Origin: Eledone cirrhosa
Lineage: Eukaryota
Assembly (NCBI GenBank): GCA_964016885.1
Contig: OZ024742.1
Coordinates: 79,484,001-79,548,000 of the forward strand
DNA: 64,000 nucleotides
Reading direction: 5' to 3'
Shown here: in pieces, positions 53,935 to 64,000 of the stretch
How positions within the stretch are numbered: the stretch's first letter is position 1
How the letters are laid out: every line of letters begins with the position of its first letter
Made by a program: the position numbers and the translations under genes
Notes under the pieces: generated by a model
Seen by the model: only the letters and a program-made list of their open reading frames with translations
Databases searched by the model: none
What the model was told of the DNA's origin: nothing

Positions 53935-54990
53935 TTGTGTTCAGAGAACGTGAGGTCGCCTGTGAGACGTGGGACAGGCTGGGACTCAACGCAGTAGACA
54001 TCTCTCCTCCTTCTCCCTCTGTTGACGTCAAGTCTCCCCAAAGCACTTGCGATTCCATCAAGTGCAGCCTGGCCTCAGACAGGCTCACGCGCCAGCTCGA
54101 CCAGCACCGCCTTGCCTGTTTTCGTGCGGCCTCCAAACCCCACATTGGTGCCTGGCTCCATGCCCTGCCCTCCTTCTCCACTGGCACGCAGTTAGACAAT
54201 AATAGCCTGCGTATTGGCGCTTCCTTGAGGCTCGGTCTCCTCCGGATCTGCGAGCCACACCAATGTCACTGCGGAATCACCGTGGACGCTTTCGGCCTCC
54301 ACCCGCTTTCCTGTCGCCACAGTGCCGGCCACCTTCCCCACCATGCTGCCCTCAACGATGTCATAAAGCATGGCTTGGACGCTACAGGCTTCCCTTGCCA
54401 GCTCTAGCCGTTGGGGCTGGACCGAGGGGATGACAAAAGGCCAGATGGCATGACCATCTTCCCGTTCCGCGGTGGTAAACTTCTCGTCTGGGATGCCACC
54501 TGCACCGACACTTTCTGCAGCCGCAACCTGGTGCAGTCTGCGATTAACCCGGGTTCTGCTGCACGTTGGGCTGAGGAGGCTAAACTCCTCAAATACCGGT
54601 CGCTCTTCGGCAGGTTTGCAGTTGTACCCCTGGCAGTGGAGACTTCTGGTGTCCTTGGCCTTAGAGCTACCTCCCTACTCACCTCCATAGGTGCTGAGCT
54701 GGCCAGCCACAGGTGTGAACTCCGCGAGTTGGAGTGGCTTTTCCAGCGCGTCTCCCTTGCCGTCCTCCGGGGAAACGCCTTCTCCATTCTGACCGCCGGG
54801 GCTGTGGCGGAGCCCCATCGCGTATCATTCCATATTTAGTTTAGTTGTGGTCGGCGTGTGTGTGTTTGTATATATGGCTTTTGTTTTCACTCAGGATCAT
54901 GTCATTCTTCATCGCTTTTCTCTACTAACGATACGTTACATTTGTCAACTGTATAATGCTATTTCATGAATCAGTAACGATACATTAAAA
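53935..54990 (+). mobile_element. 5'-truncated CRE-like non-LTR retrotransposon (zinc finger + RLE), coding part 53937-54839 with one in-frame stop
   Basis: GAWLHALPS..LRIGASLRLG..CEPHQCHCG..GLHPLSC..HAALND..DRGDDKRPDGMT..VWDATC..AEEAK..KY..PLAVETSG..LFQRVSLAVLRGNA. Confidence 0.88.
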
Positions 54991-55602
54991 AAGACGATAT
55001 TATATATAAACTGCATTAGGAGAAAATTAGTATGTTTATTTAAGCGATCGCCACCGGAAGTGTTGACATCACACACTCTCTCTTTCTATATATATATATA
55101 TATGGTAGTTGAAGTGGTGGCGTCGATATACCGGAAATGCAACTTTGAAAAGAAGTCAATTTGAAATTATTTATTTTGACGAAATTATTTTTGTTTACGA
55201 AATCGAGCAGATAAATTATGTAATATTCATTCATTATTTATTCATAGTAATCCAACTACTTTTACAAACGGGATAAAAAAAAATAAACCGTACGCAATCT
55301 CGCAGACCTTCCTTTATTATAGTTTAGATTTTGAAGACCTTACGCTATTGTTTTAAAGTAGTGACTATGTCACTTACTTCTTTTTTCAACAAACTAAGGG
55401 AGATAAGCAGACAGATCTCTGGTACATACTGTTGGTATTTGTCAAAGCCTAGCACTCGCCTTGTTTGTTGAATTATTACTGGAATTCCAAAACAAGATCG
55501 AAATCACTGGATATTGTTCTAATCCCTTGTTATATATATATATATTGAAATATGTATATATATACACCTCGGTTATTTTTCATTTTGTAAAAAAAACCTC
55601 AC

Positions 55603-55646
<44 letters not shown>

Positions 55647-57105
55647 GTTCTTCTTTAATTGACTTTCCGTTCTAATTCGGACAGAAAAAATGACATGAAC
55701 AGTGCCACACATATAATGTCATTCACCACTAACACGTGATAACATAATTTATCAGTGTAGTCGTTTTCAGAGAAAGCAATTGATTCTTCCTCTCTTAATA
55801 TTTTATGATTATTCATTCTGACAGAAATGCTAATCCCTACACAATTTTTTCCTTCTTCCATCCGACGTAGCTATCTAAGTATTCTATTTAGCTGTATTTT
55901 GCGTGTTTTGATGAGCTAAACCGTTTCATTTACTATATACTTTTAGCCAATTTAATGAAGTTAAGCTACTTCAAGTCAGGTGAATACATAGAATGGAGAC
56001 ATTTTTGATTTATTCGTATTTGTCATAGAACATAATCAACCACGACATTGTAAAATCACTAAATAACTCGTTAGATCGTCCTCAATCATTTAGTTTGACT
56101 TCTCCTACCACTGTACACTTCCCTATACAGTTTTCTCTCGTGACATTGGCTATTCCTATGCTACTGGAATATATGTTGGATGTTAAAAAGCTTGCTTATT
56201 GAATTTAATGGATGATCAGATGTGTATAATTCTATTCTTTTACTGGTTTCAGTCGTTAAATTACTGCCATGTTTGGACCCCGTCTTAAGGGATTTACATG
56301 AACATATCAATTCTAATAAATATGTTTTCAAGTCTGCTATTTAGTTAATCGTTCTCAGCAACGTAAACACACGCACACACAATTATACTACCCCATATGT
56401 GCATACACACACACGCACACAAGACTAGTCCGCTGATGAGCTATGAAAGTCTTGATTTGATATTTAACTATGTTAATTAGTCTAATCTTCTTAATCATGG
56501 TGAACCTGTGGTCTACACAATATGCAGGTAAACATTTATTTTCTGTTTGATAAGTTCTTAATAGTAATATAATTTTTTTGTATTGATATTGCTCTAGAAA
56601 ATACAGATTTTAGTCTGTATAAAGCATATTTGAGCCGATTTATGGTATAATATGTTTGAAATAAATTTATTTTAGTCCACGTTTATAATATACTATATAT
56701 GTATATATAAATATGCCGAACAATTGACCGAATGTTCGCTTGTTCACATCTAATCAAAATTAAGCTTTCTATTTTATTACATGCAAATTAGCTTCTCGAT
56801 ATTTTAGTGGGCAGAATCGCCGATAATTACCAAGAAGAAGGGAAGCGCATTGCTATAAACGAGAAGAGTACCGTATAATATAATAGTGGTTGGAATTACT
56901 ACAGAACAACCTGTTAGTTGGTCATTCTCTGTCTCTGACTTCTATTTTCTCCCTCTCGGAATAGGCCACGTTGTGTTGCGGGAGACGGTTCACAAACGGA
57001 TTGGGTGAAGGGCTAGCAACATCTTTTGAAAGAGAAAAAACAACAACTGATAAACCACTGGAACTGTCCAAGGACGAACTGTTATGCAGTATAACATGGC
57101 AAGGG

Positions 57106-57222
57106 TAATGGTGACGGTGGTGGTGACGACGACGACGAAGAAGAAGATGATGATAATGTTGATGATGATGATGACGATGACGATGAGAAGGATGAGGGAG
57201 AGAAGGAGTAGGAGGAGGAGGA
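57106..57222. repeat. Mixed trinucleotide microsatellite (GGT/GAC/GAT/GAG)
   Basis: Directly visible. Confidence 0.9.
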
Positions 57223-57842
57223 TATTCGAATGTGACTTAGTCAATGGCAACGACCTCAGCTTCCATCCTATAATATTGCAGATATATATTTTATGGATCT
57301 CACAAAGAGTTGAAAAGTAAATTCGAGCAAAATTGGCTCCACTTGAAAGCAAAACCTATATAAACGTATACTGTTTTCTTAAGCGGATTTTATCACATTT
57401 GTTGTATTTTATTATATTCTAGCTTCACCCTCTCGCCCTGAACCGCATGCACTACAAAAAAAACAACAAAAACTAAACAGCCTACTATACATATATAAAT
57501 GCTCCATGAAATCCCAATACACCCACTGCGTAAAAGAACAATGACACACTTTTAGATTTGCTCAGTCAATTACATATACTGAGACGTTACTTAGCGAATT
57601 TTGTGTTCATTACTTAATACAACAAATAAAATGTCTGTCCTGTTTTAATTTTCTCAACAGGTATGAGTTCAACAGACTGTCCAGAAAACAACGCACTCAT
57701 CTTTCAATGCAATTCGAATTGAGGCTACAATTCTGGTTGTTTGATTGTCTGACGATTGTACTAGTTTCACCTAGAAAGAAACTCAATTCAAATGTCCTTA
57801 TTAATATCTACATAGCATTCTAGCTATCTTTTTTTCTGCGTA

Positions 57843-57929
<87 letters not shown>

Positions 57930-58508
57930 GTGACTGTGTATATATTTGTCGATCTATCCTCCATTCTGTCTCTGTGTGTCTGTCTGACTGTTTGACTAGC
58001 TGTTCTCCTACTTACCTATTTGTCTATAATATAACAAAAATTCCACCATTCACTGTTCAACTGTTCATTATTTAAAACTATTCACATCGCATTTTTCTAC
58101 TGTGTCGATGCAGAAAAAGAATGGAATTTTTCCGAACATGACAGGAATTCGATTGTCTGATCCGGAAACTTTGCTTATCAGAAGTCAGGTGTAAAAATTA
58201 AGAGGAAAGAACCAAACGATGCCGATATTTATGTGAAAATCCTTAACAGGTAGTAACAAGTAACGTAAAAGAATTTTTCCGAAGCATTACTATCGCAACA
58301 AGAAAAACATTATAATAAAGAGCCTACGTCGGGAAATTTTAAATGGTAGCATAGAATTGTTTTTACTTTTTCTAAATTTAACGTAGCAGACATTCTTTCA
58401 ACGTAGTTATATACGTCAAGGAAACGGATTTATCTTTCAAGTAGTGTCATGAAGTATATTCATATATGGGTATTCACCCTTAACTAAAGAGCTACGGTAT
58501 CCTCCAAG

Positions 58509-58511
<3 letters not shown>

Positions 58512-58598
<87 letters not shown>

Positions 58599-58743
58599 CA
58601 TATATATACGCATGTATATATGTATATATATGTATATATATATATGTATATATATATGTATATATATGTATATATATGTATATATATATGTATATATATA
58701 TGTATATATATATGTATATATATACATATATATATGTAGATAC

Positions 58744-58791
<48 letters not shown>

Positions 58792-59282
58792 GTGTGTGTG
58801 TGTGCGTATATATATATACACACACACATATGTATATATATATATATGTGTATGAATATATATATATATATATATATGTATAACGAAGGAAAAGTGGTAA
58901 GGAACCAGGTGGACCATAACGCACCAAAGTACTCAATACTTAGGGTAGTAGAGTGGGTAATAGGAGCAAGTAAGACCCCGACGGCTGAGCTCAGGCCGTT
59001 TCGACGGCTAATTGTGGACATAATTAGCCGTCGAAACGGCTTGAGCTCAGCCGTCGGGGTCTTACTTGTTCCTATATATATGTATATATATATATATGTA
59101 TATATATATGTATATATATGTATATATATATATATATGTATATATATACATATGTATATATATGTATATATATAAGTATATATATATTAATATATACATA
59201 TAGACAAATATATATATATATATTTGTATATATGTATATGTATGTATATATTAATATACATATATACTTATATATATATACT

Positions 59283-59314
<32 letters not shown>

Positions 59315-59364
59315 CATATATATATGTATATATATATACATATATATAGACATATATATAGACA

Positions 59365-59398
<34 letters not shown>

Positions 59399-59399
59399 C

Positions 59400-59454
<55 letters not shown>

Positions 59455-59648
59455 CATATATACAATATATATATATACATATGTATATATATATATATAT
59501 ACATATATACATATGTATATATATATGTATATATATGTATATATATGTATATATATATATATATATATATAATAATATATACATATATATACACATATAT
59601 ACATATATGTATATATATACATATATATATATACATATACAAATATAT
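58512..59648. repeat. Long degenerate (TA)n array hosting a palindromic element
   Basis: Directly visible. Confidence 0.97.
58881..59075 (-). mobile_element. Palindromic PLE-type element, same family as 51947-52146
   Basis: Inverted repeat 58960-59075 with 8-nt loop 59014-59021; tail 58881-58959. Confidence 0.85.
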
Positions 59649-59849
59649 TACACAAAGAGAAGTGTGTTTCACAGTGAGATGTGTGTAAAGAATTATTACA
59701 AGTGAGTTTAACTGTTACTGTATGGAGAACAATATCTACAGGTTAGCAATTAAATAGAAAAAAAAAGTCAGAATAAAATCTCTGAAGTAGAGTTTTAAAT
59801 TAGCAACCTTATAACTATAAGTTTGCTGATACGAATCCAGTCGTTTCGC

Positions 59850-60500
59850 CACAGAAATGTGCAGTTTAACAGCCCACAAGTTCCTCAGTCAGCAAATGTG
59901 GATTCTGTTCACGACAGATTTAACGTCATGGATAGAGAGAAAGCTAATATACACGCTGCCCAGAGTAGCATGCTGTTTCCACAAATTCGTAACAGCCCAC
60001 CTTGAAGGATAACTTCATGCAATCCAGGAAAAAGAAACCCCACCAGTTACCTACAGAACAAAATAGAATGGTCATCATGTGACAATATATCTAGTTCATG
60101 CAAAACAAAGAACGAAGATATTAGTCCCATTATTGCCAATTGTGAAAGAATATCTCGATACTACCTCTCCATAAGGCTTGGTGTGATAGATAGACAGATC
60201 AGGAATAGAGTACGGAAGAGGAAAATCAAATCAAATTTGGAGGAATATGTTGATACTGGTGGCTTAAAGGAATACTTTGGAGCCTAAAAATGAAAACCGC
60301 AACTTCATTAAAGCCCAAGCAGCCTGTTATTGTTGTTTGGGAGAAAATATTTAAGCATGCACAGTTGTAGACGTTAGCTGCCAACTTTGTGTCAATAAGA
60401 AGGAATCCAACAGAAGGCTATCTACGAACCATTGATGAACGGATTTCAGATCCATTAGCCAAGATAAACGTCCAGCTTCATACTCATAATTATTGGAGCT
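59850..60500 (+). mobile_element. Possible very old hAT-like transposase remnant
   Basis: Only weak by-eye resemblance to the hAT C-terminal region; many stops. Confidence 0.2.
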
Positions 60501-61929
60501 AAAGGTTATATACTAATCCTCATGAACCAAAGTGTAACTGAGTTTGGACTTGTGCAGAAACTACGTAGCTCTTTAATCCATAAGTTACAAATGGCCACGC
60601 TATCTAGAATCTTCAAAGGTTGTAAAACATTCTTACGATCCAGAAAATCAACGCTTACACAAAAGACGAACGACACCTTCCCTTGCTTTACAACCTTGCC
60701 ACCGTGACGGTGGCGGTCAAAAATAAACTTAAAATTGAGAGTAAGAAAAAATGGGATGGCTGCATCTCGATTTCGAGTAATGCCATCGCTCGATACTTAA
60801 ACATGAGCATCGCGGATGTGTTTTTTTTTTAGTTCTCTTAGGGACTTGCCTATGGTCAGCAATGCCATGCATCGCAAAAAATATCACATATCAAACGATG
60901 CTTGTGCTTGAAGCTTTTTTAAGTGAGGAAAAGCTTTTCACAGGGCCCATCCCACTATCTGACAATTGAATGCATTTTCCTCAAAAGAAGACCTGGTCTA
61001 CATCATTGGATGCAAACGAAGAGAGAATATACATACATACATATATGATGATGGCTGCCTGCCCCCTCGTTATCGAGTATGGCCATTGCACGATATAACA
61101 TTATTAATAATTATTAATTAATGTTATCGTGCATTGCCTGAGCGTGAAGATTTTTTTTAAAGTGAGGAAAGACTGTGCACTTAGCCACTCTCTGAGAGAC
61201 AGTAGCTATAACGCGAAAAGAAGAACATCGGTACCTACTGAGCTGCAGGTTTTATTTCGTAGTTATCACAGTTTCCTGAGTTGCCTTCTCCTAGAAGAAT
61301 GCCCTGACAAAAGGTAGGGATCTTTCACTCCTACTGGTTAATCCGCACGATTGGGTGTCCAGCCCGATTATTTCTATGTCCTCGCGCATATATATACATA
61401 TGTATACTTGCATATACATACACATATATACATATATACACATGCATATAGGTATATACATATTTACACATTTTTGGAAGGCCGTTGACACTTTTCAATT
61501 CTTCCATCCTTTGTCAGGTTTTGTTTTTTGTCGTGCAAGGTGTCCAAAATCCCCCTTCAAACCAAGTAAACTTGGTGGGGGTTACCTGTTTAATCGCCGA
61601 CGAACCGACCATGCGACAAGTTGGACTGGGTTACATGTTACCAGTAGCACTCGAGAGTGACCCGAAATATACATACATACATATATACATACATACATAC
61701 ATATATACAAGCATCAATAATCGCATGTATGTTTATTTGAATTTTGATAATACTCTATAACTGTATTTTGCAATATGTATTTAAGGATGCGTATATCTGT
61801 CTCTCAGTCTCTCTTTGTGCCTGCGTTTCTGTGATTTGTGTATTTTATACTTATCTTTAAATATATGGAGCTTGTCGACAGAACATGTTTAAACTCCTGA
61901 AATATTTTTAACAGATTTCCTTTTCGATT

Positions 61930-62690
61930 TCATGATACAACGATGCCAAGAAAACCCATCATATCGAAAATACCAGGAAAATCTGAACATGGTGGAAGTA
62001 GAAAAGGAAAATTGGTATCATTATGAGGCTCTGTATGTAATGTTGAGACTAATGAATATTTGACGGCCTCTCAAAAACAAGCCCACAACCCCCATATATA
62101 CAAGAAACCACTAAAGGTGGCACATGATGAAGCAAAATGTATTAACTAACTTTAGATTATGAGGAGATGGAAAAAAAAGAGTATCTGCAACGATCTACTC
62201 TTAAGAAGAAATAGTACTTTTACAAATATTAACAAGTTGAGAATTATAGACCCCAGAAATTACGAAATATCCAGCATTAGGAAATACCAAGAGAATGACG
62301 AAGTGCCCATACTCTGGTATCTTCTAATACACACAAACAGGATAATGAAGCGGCATCGATAAAATATTGTTGACAAATATCACCAAGAAAAAAGTGGTTA
62401 CATTACCATTAGTCCAAAAAGATAGTAAACGTACCTATCACATAAATGAATAGATTATCGAACAGAGCTAATTACTATAATAGACGCCAAGCGTTGATAA
62501 AATAAAGAAAGAACACACAAATACAGAATCAACCCACCAGCAGTTAAACATTTGTATACAGAAAATAGCACTACTAATTCCAATATTATAAAAGAAACAA
62601 TATCATAAGAAAAGTCACCACGTGGTCAAGGGCATTTGAGCGGCACTCAGTAATACAATGAAAGTACGCTATAAATTAAAACTATTGAAT
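61930..62690 (+). mobile_element. Degenerate R4/Dong-like LINE 3' fragment
   Basis: ENDEVPILWYLLIHTNRIMKRHR*NIV matches the EN...ILWD..I.TDR....RPDIV motif of RLE elements. Confidence 0.6.
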
Positions 62691-63375
62691 GATAATAGTA
62701 AGTCCTTACATATGCATATGATTAGAATGTTTTTGTGGTGGAGTCAGTCGAATTGCCAAGTAGTTCACTGTTAATTTATTATATCAATCTCGGAAGGAGA
62801 AACGACAAAGTAAAACTAAATGTTGACCTTGGAAGGAAAGACTATGGTTATATGAGTAAAGTAATGGTTTTCCTCTCTTATCGCCTACCATGGACAAATA
62901 TCACAAGAAGACGCAAGCCTGGCCAAAATGTTTTGTGGAACACCAGCAATCAAAACCATGTTATCCAAGGAAAGGCAAAGGCTCATACAGCTTGACATTA
63001 GTGATATCCAGCAGCTAAAATAAAATCACAGAAAATAAACATTTCTTCTAAAGATGAATAAAAGATAACATTAGTTACTACAGGAACAACATTTACAAAA
63101 AAATCAACAGTATCTACAATAACAACAACAACCACAGCAACAGTACCAGCGATAAAAGTAATAACTAAAGCAATAACACCATAATAATTAAATACGACAA
63201 TACCACTAAAAACAGCAATACCATTGGACACTTTATAGTATCCGCTTATGGCAAATTTTCTTTTTATTTTCATTGTCATAATAATGATAAGGAAACAATA
63301 ATCAATAGATTCATATCAGACAATTTTATTTGCCTTTATTTCTTTCTCGTATATTATATATTAAAGTTTATTGAG

Positions 63376-63429
<54 letters not shown>

Positions 63430-63598
63430 ATAACATTAATGACATTGATAATAACGACTTCGTTGAATATCCATTTTTGTCTCATTGAATTTATTTTATT
63501 TTTTGTAGAAATAATTGTTTCTATTTTTCGTCGAAGGCTAGCAAGTTGAAGGGAAGGAGGAAATCGATTAGATTGACCCCAGTGCGTACCTGGTACGT

Positions 63599-63683
<85 letters not shown>

Positions 63684-63684
63684 C

Positions 63685-63716
<32 letters not shown>

Positions 63717-63721
63717 TCTTT

Positions 63722-63943
63722 TTTTAGGAACGATCGACTTTCGTCAAATCGAACCGAAGAAACAATGTTTCCATCGGTCTTTCCAGTTGCTAATACTATC
63801 TATCGGTCGCAACTCCAGGTAGAAGGAGCAACGTGAAATAAAGTGTCTTGCTCAAGGACATAACGCATCGCCAGGTCCGAGAATCGAACTCACAACCTCA
63901 CCTCACGATTGCGAATCCATTTCTCTAACCACTGAGCTACACG

Positions 63944-63945
<2 letters not shown>
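63722..63945 (-). mobile_element. SINE family 2 with an alternative 3' tail
   Basis: Minus strand: GGCGTGTAGCTCAGTGGTTAGAG..GAGTTCGATTCTC..CCTTGAGCAAGACACTTTATTTCACGTTGCTCC; both ends in (TA)n. Confidence 0.85.

Positions 63946-64000
<55 letters not shown>

Noticed and set aside
56433-56456. CTGATGAGCTATGAAAGTC hammerhead-like string
   Set aside because: No convincing stems I-III; compatible with chance.
57660-57772. Exon-like segment with splice-acceptor-like sites on both strands
   Set aside because: Short, no recognisable homology, and the strand is ambiguous.

Overview
AT-rich, microsatellite-dense eukaryotic DNA. The repeat complement suggests a cephalopod such as Octopus, but that is inference. 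I cannot support any host protein-coding gene; most of the ORF track is microsatellite or low-complexity translation. The window is a patchwork of transposable elements: a near full-length but disabled Tx1/L1-clade LINE in an (ATT)n array (30741-36560), three CRE-like and two R4/Dong-like RLE-LINE remnants, an RTE remnant, a 2.5-kb non-autonomous Helitron, two tRNA-derived SINE families, MITEs, hAT remnants and a Neptune-type Penelope-like (PLE) GIY-YIG remnant. The most notable feature is a set of short non-coding elements from roughly ten mostly unrelated sequence families, nearly all embedded in (TA)n arrays. Most carry an intact or decayed minimal type-I hammerhead ribozyme (CUGAnGA...GAAA..NUH). 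They occur as tandem units (about 425, 420, 538 and 648 bp) and/or as fold-back inverted repeats with a 3' tail, and many inversion or truncation junctions fall on the ribozyme itself. This resembles a diverse PLE-dependent retrozyme/pseudo-LTR system. All folding and alignments were done by eye.
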